From contig CAVSGO010000005.1 in the NCBI GenBank assembly GCA_963727525.1, forward strand, positions 192,001 to 256,000: DNA of 64,000 nucleotides, read 5' to 3'. This DNA is from an uncultured bacterium. Lineage in GTDB: Bacteria; Krumholzibacteriota; Krumholzibacteriia; LZORAL124-64-63. The notes beneath the pieces are model-generated. The model saw only the letters and a list, made by a program, of their open reading frames with translations. It was not told where the DNA came from and searched no databases. Positions 39,957 through 49,975 of the stretch are shown in pieces. How positions within the stretch are numbered: the stretch's first letter is position 1; each line of letters starts with the position of its first letter. The translations under genes were made by a program, and so were the position numbers.

Positions 39957-40607
39957 TCATTCCAGCGGGGTGAGTCCCTCGCGGATGGCGTACTTCGTGA
40001 GCTCGGCGATCGAGCGGATGCCGAGCTTGTCCATGATCTGCTTGCGGTGGCTCTCCACTGTCTTCACGGAGAGATGCAGTTCGCCGGCGATCTCCTTCGT
40101 GGCACGCCCGGCCGCCAGGAGTTGCAGCACCTCTCGCTCGCGGGCGCTGAGCACGGCGAAGGCGCTGCCGTCGTCGGCCTCGGCGAGGCGGATGTAGTCC
40201 TTGATCACCTGCTCACTCACGGCCGGGCTGAGGTAGAGCCGCCCGGCGAGGACCTCGGCAATCACGCCCGTCAGCTCGCTGAAACCCGCCTCCTTGAGTA
40301 CGTACGCCGCGGCGCCGGCGCGGAGCGCCTCCACCACGTAACGGCGGTCGCTGTGCATCGAGAGCACGACGATGCGGGTCTGCGGGTGGTCCCGCGCGAG
40401 CCGCCGCGCCACTTCGATGCCATGCAATCCGGGCATGGCGAGGTCGAGGATGATCACGTCGGGCTGCAGCTCGCCCACCAGCGCAATGGCCTCGAGGCCA
40501 TCCTGAGCCTCGCCAACCACCTCGAGTCCGGCGTGGCTCGCCAGCAGGGCGCGCAGGCCGTCGCGAAACATCTTGTGATCGTCGGCCAGCAGGATACGCG
40601 TGGTCAC
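39957..40607 (-). CDS. NarL/FixJ family response regulator
   Basis: LADDH, ILDLAMP receiver domain; LuxR HTH 'LSAREREVL...KEIA..L.LSVKTVE.HR'. Confidence 0.95.
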   Translation of the reverse strand: MTTRILLADDHKMFRDGLRALLASHAGLEVVGEAQDGLEAIALVGELQPDVIILDLAMPGLHGIEVARRLARDHPQTRIVVLSMHSDRRYVVEALRAGAAAYVLKEAGFSELTGVIAEVLAGRLYLSPAVSEQVIKDYIRLAEADDGSAFAVLSAREREVLQLLAAGRATKEIAGELHLSVKTVESHRKQIMDKLGIRSIAELTKYAIREGLTPLE

Positions 40608-41716
40608 GGTCGCTCCTTTCGCGGCAGCGGCGCCAGCAAACGCACGCGCGTGCCGCCGGCGGGCCGGCACGACAGCTCGAGGGAGCCGCCGAGCTGGCGC
40701 ACGCGCTCCTCCAGACTGAAGAGGCCGAATCGATGGTCACGACGCGCGGCAAGAGCTACCGCCGGATCGAGGCCGCGGCCATCGTCCTCGACCACGAGGG
40801 CGAGCGTGGCGTCGTCGCACACCAGTTCCACGGTGGCGCGCCGTGCATCGGCATGCTTGACCACGTTCACCAGCAGCTCGCGCGCGGACTTGAAGTAGAG
40901 CACGCGCAGGTCGTCCGGCAGGTCGCGGCGGCACCGGTCGCGCACCACCACCGCGAGCCCGTGCTTTTCCCCGACCTGCTCGCCCAGCCACTCCAACGCC
41001 GGCCCCAGTCCCAGTTCGTAGAGCACCGGCGGACTCAGCTCGAACGTGAGGCTCCGCGTGTAGCGGATGGCCTGGTCGATGAGGCGCAGCAGCTCCTCGA
41101 GAGCGGGATCGTGGCCGCCGAAGGCCGCTTCGCCCTGGAGCTGGCGCAAGCGGCCGCGCACGAAGGCCAGCGCCTGGCCCAGGTGGTCGTGAAGATCGCT
41201 GGCGATCTCGCGGCGCTCGCGGGCCTCGGCCAGACACAGTTCGCTGGTCAGGCGGCGCAGATCAGCGGTGCGGTCGGCCACCTGGCGTTCGAGCTGCTCG
41301 TTGACGGCGACGAGTGCAGCGTCGTCCAGGCAGTGCTGCCAGTAGCCCCGCAGCATATCGGCGAGGGAACGGATCAGCTCGCGCTCCTCGCGTAGGAACG
41401 GCCCCTCATCCGCGGAGGGGCGCTCCTCCCGGTAGGCGACCTCGAGCACGCCGGGAGACCGGTCGCGCAGCCGGAACTCCTCGCGCTGCATCCAGGGCGT
41501 CTCGACGTGGCCGGGCGTGGCCCAGGTCCGGTCGTCTAGCCGGATCCGGGCCGTCGCGGTCTCCGGGAACTGCCAGGCCCCAGGCACCTGCGCCAGGACG
41601 TCGGACACCACCGCGTCCAGGGGCCTCTCGGTATCCTGGAGCAGACGGGCCGTACGGTGCAGGGCGGTGAGTTCCTTCACGCGCTCCTGGAGGCTGTGGT
41701 GTAGGGCGTCATGCAT
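40604..41716 (-). CDS. cytoplasmic sensor histidine kinase (HisKA_3) with N-terminal GAF-like domain
   Basis: ERREIASDLHDHLGQ H-box, ELLVNVVKHA N-box, DDGRG, FGL; no TM helix seen. Confidence 0.9.
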   Translation of the reverse strand: MHDALHHSLQERVKELTALHRTARLLQDTERPLDAVVSDVLAQVPGAWQFPETATARIRLDDRTWATPGHVETPWMQREEFRLRDRSPGVLEVAYREERPSADEGPFLREERELIRSLADMLRGYWQHCLDDAALVAVNEQLERQVADRTADLRRLTSELCLAEARERREIASDLHDHLGQALAFVRGRLRQLQGEAAFGGHDPALEELLRLIDQAIRYTRSLTFELSPPVLYELGLGPALEWLGEQVGEKHGLAVVVRDRCRRDLPDDLRVLYFKSARELLVNVVKHADARRATVELVCDDATLALVVEDDGRGLDPAVALAARRDHRFGLFSLEERVRQLGGSLELSCRPAGGTRVRLLAPLPRKERP

Positions 41717-41788
41717 GCCGGGCATCGTAGCCTGCGCGCAGGCGCGGGACAAGGCCCGCTCCTGTCCCCGCCCGAACGCCCGGCATGA

Positions 41789-41846
41789 CAGGGATTCCCT
41801 GAGGCCGGGCCAGGGAATTGGCCACACGTTTTCAGGATTACCCTCG
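41789..41846 (+). promoter_or_regulatory. three phased candidate response-regulator sites upstream of amtB
   Basis: CAGGGATTCCCTG (perfect palindrome, 41789), CAGGGAATTGGCC (41811), CAGGATTACCCTC (41833): 22-bp period. Confidence 0.55.
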
Positions 41847-41940
41847 TTGCCCGCGCGCCTCATGACTGTGACCATTGAACTTACGCTACCGCGCGTGCGC
41901 GGCAGCATCTCGCCCGTCACCCCACCGGGAGGTCGCAGTC

Positions 41941-43143
41941 GTGCTCGACACTGGCAACACCGGATTCATGCTCCTGGCCACCAGCCTCGTCATGCTCATG
42001 ACGCCGGGTCTGGCCTTCTTCTACGGCGGGCTCGTGGGCCGCCGCAACGTGCTCTCGATCATGATCCAGAGCTTCGTGTCCATGGGCATCACCACGATCC
42101 TCTGGTACGTGGTAGGATACTCCCTGTGCTTCAGCGGCGACGGCCCGATCATCGGCAACCTCGACCTGGCCTTCCTGCGCGGCGTCGACCCGTCGACGAT
42201 GTTCGCAGCCAGCGGCATCCCGCTCATCGTGTTCATCGCTTACCAGATGATGTTCGCCATCATCACGCCGGCCCTCATCACGGGCGCCTTCAGCAACCGC
42301 GTGCGGTTCCCGGCCTACCTCGTGTTCCTCGTGCTGTGGCTGCTGCTCGTCTACTTCCCGTTCGTCCACATGGTTTGGGGTGGCGGCATCCTGCAGAAGT
42401 GGGGTGTGCTCGACTTCGCCGGCGGCATCGTGGTGCACAACATCGCCGGCATGGCAGCCCTGGCCTCGGTACTCTACGTGGGCAAGCGCAAGGTGGCCGA
42501 TTCGGGCCCGCATAGCATCCCGCTGGTGGCGCTGGGCACCGGTCTGCTGTGGTTCGGCTGGTATGGCTTCAACGCCGGCAGCGAGCTGGCCGTGGACGGC
42601 ATCACCTCGCTGGCCTTCCTCAACACCGACATCGCCGCCAGCTTCGCAGCCATCACCTGGCTGGTCATCGAGTGGAACCGTGCGCACAAGCCGCGCTTCG
42701 TGGGCCTGTTGACGGGCGCCGTCGCCGGCCTGGCCACCATCACACCCGCGGCCGCCTTCGTACCGATCTGGGCGGCCGCCGTCATCGGCATCGTGGCGGG
42801 CACCGTGTGCTACTGGGCCGTGGAGATGAAGAACAAGCTGGGCTGGGACGATGCCCTCGACGTCTGGGGCGTACACGGTGTAGGCGGCGCCCTTGGCATC
42901 ATCATGCTGGGCGTGCTGGGCACGACGGCCGTGAACCCGAACGGCGCCAATGGCCTGATCAACGGTGGCACCGCGTTCTTCGGCAAGCAGGTCGCGGCCG
43001 TCGCCATTTCTTCGGTGTATGCCTTCGTCTTCACCTATGTCATGTTGTGGCTCATCGATCGCGTCATGACGGTACGCACCAGCCAGGAGCAGGAATCGAC
43101 ACTGGACGAGTCGCTCCACGGTGAATCCGCGTACCTCACCTGA
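41941..43143 (+). CDS. amtB: ammonium transporter
   Basis: MTPGLAFFYGG, DFAGGIVVH, LWFGWYGFN, DDALDVWGVHG (twin His intact); GTG start after GGAGG. Confidence 0.96.
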   Translation: MLDTGNTGFMLLATSLVMLMTPGLAFFYGGLVGRRNVLSIMIQSFVSMGITTILWYVVGYSLCFSGDGPIIGNLDLAFLRGVDPSTMFAASGIPLIVFIAYQMMFAIITPALITGAFSNRVRFPAYLVFLVLWLLLVYFPFVHMVWGGGILQKWGVLDFAGGIVVHNIAGMAALASVLYVGKRKVADSGPHSIPLVALGTGLLWFGWYGFNAGSELAVDGITSLAFLNTDIAASFAAITWLVIEWNRAHKPRFVGLLTGAVAGLATITPAAAFVPIWAAAVIGIVAGTVCYWAVEMKNKLGWDDALDVWGVHGVGGALGIIMLGVLGTTAVNPNGANGLINGGTAFFGKQVAAVAISSVYAFVFTYVMLWLIDRVMTVRTSQEQESTLDESLHGESAYLT

Positions 43144-43160
43144 TCACGGAGGAGACGGAC

Positions 43161-44144
43161 GTGAAGACAGCAATCATCGTGACCCTCGCCATGCTACTCA
43201 TGGCGGCGTCTGCCCCGGCCCAGGACACGGCCATGACCGGCTTCGTGGATGCCAGCTACTTCGAGAACTTGGCCAACCGCGCTGGCGAGTTCGGCCTCGA
43301 CCAGGCCGAGCTGGACGTCGACCACCAGGCCAGCGAGAAAACACTGCTGCGCGCCGATCTGGAATGGGTGAAGGTCGGCGATGACTTCGTCGCTCAGGTC
43401 GAGCAGGCATTCCTGCAATACACCTGCAGCGCCGACTGGACATTCACCTTCGGCCGCTTCAACGCCCCGATCGGCTTCGAGAAGCTCGACCCCGACGAGA
43501 TGTACCAGTACAGCCACTCGCTCGTCTTCGACTACGGACTGCCCGTGAATCTCACGGGCGCAATGATCGGCAAGACGCTCGGCGAGCGGTTCGACGTGGT
43601 GGGCTACGGCGTGAACGGCTGGGACATCAACGCCGAGTCGAACAAGATCAAGACCTGGGGCGGCCGCCTTGGCTACACCGGCGACATCTCCGGCGCCGGC
43701 GTATCGGTGATCGGCGGCAAGGAAGGCGGCGGCGGGGCGCAGGAGTTCAACCGCACCGTGTTCGACGCGGATCTCGGCTGCACCCCGGACGGATGGGTCT
43801 TCGGCGCCGACATCAACCACGGCAAGGTCACCCGCGGCGGCGCCGATGCCACCTGGTCCGGTTTCCTGGTGATGGCCCACCACGACTTCACCGACCGCAT
43901 GGGCCTCACAGTACGCGCCGACTACTTCGACGACCAGGATGGCTATGTGTTCGGCAAGGTCGGCGGCGAGGCGCAGACGCGCTCCGCACTGACGATTGCC
44001 CCCACCTTCGTCCTCGACGATGGCTTCGGCGCGCTCATCGAGCTACGCGTCGACAAGAGCGACCAGAACGCCTTCGCCGACAGCGACGGCAAACCGACAG
44101 ACATGAGCACGTCGGTGGCCTTCGAGATGACGTACGGGTTCTGA
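43161..44144 (+). CDS. outer-membrane beta-barrel porin
   Basis: Signal peptide, 'VEQAFL', 'FGRFNAPIGFE', 'NGWD', C-terminal 'EMTYGF' beta-signal; 17 nt downstream of amtB. Confidence 0.8.
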   Translation: MKTAIIVTLAMLLMAASAPAQDTAMTGFVDASYFENLANRAGEFGLDQAELDVDHQASEKTLLRADLEWVKVGDDFVAQVEQAFLQYTCSADWTFTFGRFNAPIGFEKLDPDEMYQYSHSLVFDYGLPVNLTGAMIGKTLGERFDVVGYGVNGWDINAESNKIKTWGGRLGYTGDISGAGVSVIGGKEGGGGAQEFNRTVFDADLGCTPDGWVFGADINHGKVTRGGADATWSGFLVMAHHDFTDRMGLTVRADYFDDQDGYVFGKVGGEAQTRSALTIAPTFVLDDGFGALIELRVDKSDQNAFADSDGKPTDMSTSVAFEMTYGF

Positions 44145-44158
44145 ATCGACGCTGATCA

Positions 44159-44199
44159 GGGAAGAAGGACCGCCGCCTTCCTCGGGGAGGGCGGCGGTT
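44159..44199. terminator. terminator hairpin between convergent genes
   Basis: ACCGCCGCCTTCC...GGGAGGGCGGCGGT stem with CTTCTT tail on minus strand. Confidence 0.6.
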
Positions 44200-44295
44200 C
44201 GCGTCGGCGCGTGCGCGGTCGATCCGCTTCGACGCCGATCGGCACCGGCAGTCCGCTACCGAACGCGGCAATCCGGTGGGCATCGTCCGTCGCGA

Positions 44296-44859
44296 TCACG
44301 TGACGATATCGACCGCCAAGCCCAGAACGAAGATCACCAGCAGCACCTGATGCAGCCAGGCCCGGCGGCTGATCGAAAGCAGGGCACACAGCGCCAGGTA
44401 CACCGCACTTCCGACGAGCGCCGGCACGGGAACGCCCAGCGCCCCGGTCATGCCGTATCGCTTGATCGCGTTGATCACCAGCGCCAGCAACGTCGCGACA
44501 CCGAGCAGGGCCCAGGAGTAACGATGGTGCGTGAAGTAATACTCGCGTAGATCCACCGTATCGGTCCCGATCCGGTCTGGCAACGCCACGGACACCAGCA
44601 GGTAGATCACCAGCGCCAGATGGCCGTATGCCACGAAGTAATAGATGTTCACCCAGTCGCCGCTACCCTCGAACGACGCGAGATCCCACCAGTTTCGGAG
44701 AATGGTCAGGAACAGGTACCAGGCGGCCAGCAGCGGCAGCCAGTGCCAGCGCACCTGACGCCGCGCTCGGATCAGCCGATGCAGGCTGAGAAACAGGTCC
44801 GTCAGCATCAGACCGTAGACGATGGTGAACAGCGTGATCGTGATTTCGTACTGACTTAT
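44296..44859 (-). CDS. hypothetical multi-pass membrane protein (start uncertain, possibly ATA)
   Basis: About 5-6 TM segments, 'HWLPLL..W...WW', 'LP..... .DLREYY'. Confidence 0.65.
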   Translation of the reverse strand: MSQYEITITLFTIVYGLMLTDLFLSLHRLIRARRQVRWHWLPLLAAWYLFLTILRNWWDLASFEGSGDWVNIYYFVAYGHLALVIYLLVSVALPDRIGTDTVDLREYYFTHHRYSWALLGVATLLALVINAIKRYGMTGALGVPVPALVGSAVYLALCALLSISRRAWLHQVLLVIFVLGLAVDIVT

Positions 44860-44968
44860 CGCACGCCGCCAACGTCGGCCCGGTGGTTCCCGCCGTGTTC
44901 GCCGCAAATCCTAGTATGCGGCGGCGACAGGTACCATACGCGATCCAGTGCCGGTACCGGCACCAGAG

Positions 44969-45373
44969 CTACGCATCCGTGTACGTGAGATCGGAGAAAT
45001 CGAAACCGGGAAGGCACGTGCATGACGTGAGGGCCCACCCGCCGGGCACCGGAACAGCGTCCATCCACACCTGCGGCGGCACGACGACGCCGGTGGTACG
45101 TGTCGCATCCAGTCGATGGACGACCGCGTCGCCGGTTTCGCCGATCAGCCGCAGATCGAGCCCCGGGCCATCGATCAGCGCCCAGGTTTCCGCAGCACGC
45201 AGACGATGCCTGCGTGACACCTGCCCGGGCCCGAGCAGATAGATGATCGCCGTCGCAGCCGCACGCACGCCGCGGGGAGTGGCGACAGTGCGGCGCGCAC
45301 GCCAGGTCTCGCGGAACCAGCCGCCCTCGGGGTGAGGCTCGAGCCCGAGTATACGCACGAGACGATCGATCAC
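44969..45373 (-). CDS. cupin superfamily protein (DUF985/Cupin_5-like)
   Basis: 'LGLEPHPEGGWFRETWR', 'TAIIYLL', 'SCTCLPGFDFSD'; GTGA overlap with SDR stop. Confidence 0.85.
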   Translation of the reverse strand: MIDRLVRILGLEPHPEGGWFRETWRARRTVATPRGVRAAATAIIYLLGPGQVSRRHRLRAAETWALIDGPGLDLRLIGETGDAVVHRLDATRTTGVVVPPQVWMDAVPVPGGWALTSCTCLPGFDFSDLTYTDA

Positions 45374-46128
45374 AGGTTCTGCCCCCCCGACACCTCGATG
45401 CGGATACCGTTGGCCCAGCCGAGGTCGTCCGACAGGATGGCCGCGACCGCGGCTCCGATATCGTCGGCTTCGCCCACGCGACCCAGCGGGATGGTCGACG
45501 CGATGTGGGCGTTGACCTGGGCGTTGTCGCGCACCATGCCGCCACCGAAATCGGTGGCGATGGCACCCGGAGCGATGACGTTCACGCGAATCCCGCGCGC
45601 GCCGAGTTCCCTGGCCATGTACCGCGTGAGCACCTCCACGCCGCCCTTCAATGATCCGTAGGCGGCGAACCCCGGCAGGCTGAACCGTGCCAGGCCCGAC
45701 GAGACGTTGAGAATGCGGCCCCCGTCGGCGATCATCGGCAGCAGCGTCTGCGTCAGGAAGAACGGTCCCTTCAGGTGGATACGCATGAGGTCGTCGAACT
45801 GCGCCTCCGTGGTCTCGGCGAAGGGTGCGTACACGCCGATGCCGGCGTTGTTGACGAGGTGGTCGAAGCGATCGCGACCGAACGTCGCGGACAGTGTCTC
45901 GCGCAGACGGTCTGCGAATGCAGAGAAGGTGTCGCTCTTGCCGACGTCCAGCGGCAGCATCGCGGTCCGCCCGCCGGCGTCCGTGATCTCCCGAACAACG
46001 GCGTCCGCCTCGTCCTCGCGCGAGCGAAACGTACCCACCACGCCGACACCCCGCCTCGCGAGATGCAGCGCCATGCTGCGGCCGAGACCGCGGCTGGCAC
46101 CGGTGATGACGGCGATCTTCTGGTTCAT
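45370..46128 (-). CDS. short-chain dehydrogenase/reductase
   Basis: TGASRGLG, NNAG, YGSLK catalytic YxxxK, PG. Confidence 0.95.
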   Translation of the reverse strand: MNQKIAVITGASRGLGRSMALHLARRGVGVVGTFRSREDEADAVVREITDAGGRTAMLPLDVGKSDTFSAFADRLRETLSATFGRDRFDHLVNNAGIGVYAPFAETTEAQFDDLMRIHLKGPFFLTQTLLPMIADGGRILNVSSGLARFSLPGFAAYGSLKGGVEVLTRYMARELGARGIRVNVIAPGAIATDFGGGMVRDNAQVNAHIASTIPLGRVGEADDIGAAVAAILSDDLGWANGIRIEVSGGQNL

Positions 46129-46246
46129 GATGACAACCCTCTCCGAGTGTGATGGTCGATACGGCGTGATACAGCTGGCGGCGATAGACGCCCGCGAGCA
46201 CAGGATAGCCCCATCCCCCGCATTGGCACGACCATCCGGTGTCGCG

Positions 46247-48037
46247 TCAGCGCTGGCGGATCTCGAAGTATCCTGCCTCGGCCTGCGCGATGGCTTGCAA
46301 TGTCGCCTGCAGCGAGTCGACCGCCGCCGCCGAGAGACTCGTACCCACGGGGTGTACGGCCTTCTCGAGATGCAGGAAGCGGCCGTCCTGCCAGCACCGG
46401 CGCGACCAGCGCAGTCCGGGCGCCTCCAGGACCAGCGAATCCGCGGCGACAAGGGCGAAATCCGCGGGCAACTCGAGCTGCCAGGAGACCGACAGCTCCG
46501 GCTGGCCACGCCAGTCCAGGCGGCCCTCGCACGGCGCGACGAGCCGGGCGGGCAGCAGGTCGGACAGCATGGCGCGCGGCAGGAAGATCCGGTGAGTATC
46601 GCGCGGCAGGACGGCGTCACTCGTGGGGATGAACGACATCTGCAGCGGGGCGTGGCAATCCTCCAGACCGTTCGCGGACCAGGACCCGGTCCCGGCGGAA
46701 ACCGCGGTCGGGGCGAGGAGGGGCATCACGATCCGGCGCGCTGCGGCCTCGTCGCGATCGGCCAGAAGAATGCGCCACCGGAGAGCCTGCCCGCCCGTGA
46801 GCTCACCCATCACGGAGAAGGCCAGCCTCCCGGACGCCGAGAGACTCCCTTCGAGGCGACGCCGCACGGCCCCGGGCGCCCACGCTGTCTCGGGGATCTC
46901 CGCGAGGCCCATCGCGTCCGGCTTCAGGAGCAGGACCATGGAAGCGGCGTCGCTGCGCGGTACGGCACCGGCGGGGTAGCGATCGACGGTGGCGTCGAGG
47001 AGATCCCGTTGCCATCGGCTTCCGTCCGCACGAGTACGGGATACGCTGCGACGCCGACGGAGGTAGTGGCACCGCCGCTGCACCCACGCGTAGAGGCGCT
47101 CGATCTTCGCGTGTGTATCGGCAGCGTCGCCCGTGATCGCGGCCGCCTCCGACGCCATGGCCTCGCTGGTGACGAACCTGTCTTCGATGGCCGCCAGGTA
47201 GGCCGTGCCGACGTCCGCCCACGTGAGGCCGTAGACCATCGACCCGGATGCTGCGCCGCCCAGGGAGGCGAGGTGCGGCACCACGCGCACGTGCGGGTAC
47301 ACGTCGCCGCATGACATGAGCGTGTCACCGACGTCCCCGCGAATCGACCAGGCATAGCTTCGCCAGCGGCCATCAACCGTGACGTTGAAGGTGAGCACCT
47401 CGTCCGCGCGGGCCGTATCCGCCGTCGCCCACAAGACCTCGTGGTCGTCCGGCAAGCGCAACGCGCACGCCGCGGTGAGGCAAGGGGCGTCGGTGTCGCC
47501 CAGCGCGAACGGGGGCAGTCCCTGCCAACCGTCGATGCGGTAGGTCGCCGTGACTCGCACGCGGTCGCCGACCGTGATCCCCGGCACGTAAGCCGTGGCC
47601 AGCTCACCATCCAGGATCACGACACCGTCGTCCTGCACGGTGGTCACGTTCCAATTGAGGTCCTTCTGACGCCAGCGGCGTTCCTCGTCGGGTCCCGTGA
47701 CGATCACCTCGAACCGTTCCAGGCGCTGCGAAGGCCCCTCGCGATAGGTGACGACCGACGTGGGCAGGATGGCCGTGCGCGTCCTGACGGCGGTCTCGTA
47801 ACGATAGCTGAATCGTCCCCGCATTCCCCGGCTACGGGCGTCGTACTGCAGTTCCATCCCCTGCCACGACTGGACCACGGCGTGGTCGGACTCTCCACAA
47901 CGCGCGAGGAAGTCGGCGACCTGCGGGGCCGCGGGCGGTGCGGAACAGACGAGGTCAAAGGCGTGGGCGGCGCCAATCAGGACGCTGCTCGCAACGGCCA
48001 CAACGAGCAGGCCCGGCCATTGCCCATCACGGCGCAC
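46247..48037 (-). CDS. DUF3857/transglutaminase-like secreted protein, catalytic core apparently deleted
   Basis: 'IERLYAWVQRRCHY' then only about 20 aa to 'LLDAT'; the G-D-C-K-D and F-N-H motifs expected between them are missing. Confidence 0.55.
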   Translation of the reverse strand: MRRDGQWPGLLVVAVASSVLIGAAHAFDLVCSAPPAAPQVADFLARCGESDHAVVQSWQGMELQYDARSRGMRGRFSYRYETAVRTRTAILPTSVVTYREGPSQRLERFEVIVTGPDEERRWRQKDLNWNVTTVQDDGVVILDGELATAYVPGITVGDRVRVTATYRIDGWQGLPPFALGDTDAPCLTAACALRLPDDHEVLWATADTARADEVLTFNVTVDGRWRSYAWSIRGDVGDTLMSCGDVYPHVRVVPHLASLGGAASGSMVYGLTWADVGTAYLAAIEDRFVTSEAMASEAAAITGDAADTHAKIERLYAWVQRRCHYLRRRRSVSRTRADGSRWQRDLLDATVDRYPAGAVPRSDAASMVLLLKPDAMGLAEIPETAWAPGAVRRRLEGSLSASGRLAFSVMGELTGGQALRWRILLADRDEAAARRIVMPLLAPTAVSAGTGSWSANGLEDCHAPLQMSFIPTSDAVLPRDTHRIFLPRAMLSDLLPARLVAPCEGRLDWRGQPELSVSWQLELPADFALVAADSLVLEAPGLRWSRRCWQDGRFLHLEKAVHPVGTSLSAAAVDSLQATLQAIAQAEAGYFEIRQR

Positions 48038-49871
48038 GGGTGAGCACCACCGGATTGAGCTCGAACTCGTGCATCGCCTGCGCCTGCAGACCCAGCCTTT
48101 CGAGGGACTGACTGTCGCTCTCGGTGCAGGCGCGCTCCTTCAGCGACCGCGTCACGACCAGGAACCCCGCGTCGATCCGGAACGAGGCGTGGTACTCGAA
48201 TTGCTTGAAGCCCAGGGTGCGATCGGCGGGAAGCGCCGCGCCAGCCAGGATTCCGCCAGCGCAGTCGCGTTCGCCTCGTCCTGGAAATCGTCGGCCAGCG
48301 GCGTCAATCCGGATGACGTCACGTGAATCGTCGCGACGTAGGACTGATCGCCAGCTCGCGCGAGATCGCATACCTCCATCAGCAGACTCGCCGCGTCCCC
48401 CTGACCGGTCGGGACCTTGACGAGCTGGCACCACTGGGCTTTCTCCACCATGTCGAGATAGCGACGCACGGGGTTCTTGCTCAGGACGCCAGCGTGCAAC
48501 GCCGCTTGCTCCAGGAGTTCGGTATTGGCGGCGTCGGCCTCGCAATCATAGGCCATGGCCTGGGCACCAGCGAGACGCGGGCGCGGGCGCCCAGCCGGAC
48601 ACGCCTCGCAGCCGAGGTCGAACCAGAGGTCATGATCCTGCCACATCGCCTTGACGAGGGGGCTCGTGACCTGCCCCCAATTTCGGGTAGTCCGGGAAGA
48701 AGCCCCCTTCCTCGGGGTCGTGCACCCACACGACTTCCGCCGGCACCTCCAGGCTCCGCAGCCTGGCGAGCAGCACGTAGCTCTTCTCGTAGACACTGCC
48801 CGCACGCGCCTTCAGAACGTCGTCGACAGTCTGCGTTTCGTCCCGTCGGTCGTAGACCTCGCTCAGGACCAGCTGCAGCTCGTCCCGCACGTACGCGAAG
48901 AGGCGCTCGGGCACGGCGACGGAGTCGGCCGGCGCGGCCAGATCGTGCGCCAGGGCCGCAACATCCTTCTGCCCCTGCAGGTAGTGCCGTTCCACCGCAG
49001 CTATCTGCGCGGCGATCATGTTCCAGTCGCGATGCTCGATCCAGACAAAACCGGTCCGGCCCCAGGGTATGCGCTCGGCGCGCCACACGACGCTGATGCT
49101 CGGCGACTGCAGGGCCGCCCCGGGAGCGTACAGTTCATCGTACACCGGATCGATGTCGTCGACCCGGAGTCGCATATCGAGCACCTGGCCATTCTTCTCC
49201 TTCAGGGTCTCCTTCTTCAGCGCGTCCGCGCGCATGCGGCTCCCGAAGACGACGAAGACGAGGCGTCAGTCGTTGCGGACGCGGAGTTCGCAGCGAGCCA
49301 CCGGATCATCACCGGCCAGCAGCCAGTCTTCCCGGGAAAGTTGCGTGTCGTTTTTCGTCGTGATCGAGATGCCGATCAGATCACCGGGGTGCGCGGTATC
49401 GAACGCCACCACCAGCGTGCTCGCGCGGCGGTCGCGATCACCCTTCTGCAGCTTGATGCGGTTGCGGGCAAGGATGCGCATCTGTGCCACGGCCGTCGTT
49501 GCGGCCGTGGAATCGGCCGCCTGCAGGGTGAACGCGGCGACGTCTCTCACCTCGACACCCGGCGGGAAATCGCGGACGTAGCTGGTCAGTCGCTCGGCCT
49601 CCCCGCGCCGCACCCACCAGACGATGTTCTCCGTCTCCTGGAACGAGCGCGTGTCGGCGTCGAAGATGCGCTGGTGATAGGCCACGACCGCATCGCGTCC
49701 CAGACGCCGCGCCTGGCGTTCCCCGATGGGTAGGGTCTCGGCAAGGATACCGGCCAGCCGCCCCGGATCTGCGGCCAGCATGTCCTCGGCCACCGCAAGC
49801 GACGCCCACGAGAGCCCGACGAGGACGACACCAGCCCATAACAGCGCTGGCTGGGGCCTGAGTGTGAGCAT
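48027..49871 (-). pseudogene. disrupted DUF3857/transglutaminase-like protein
   Basis: In-frame TGA at 49266-49268, frameshift near 48680 (..DYP|NWGQVT..WFDLGC), further frame change near 48240. Confidence 0.65.
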
Positions 49872-49975
49872 GGCATCCGTTTTCGTCAGGGAACGGATCG
49901 ACAACACCCCGGAAGATCGTAGCATCACGCAGCGCGCGCAGGCAACGGCCGCGCGCGCGAGCCTCACCCCATGTC

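Noticed and set aside
49266-49268. TGA recoding (Sec/Trp/Gly) in the transglutaminase-like gene
   Set aside because: The same gene has frameshifts, and TGA is the ordinary stop for many intact genes in this window
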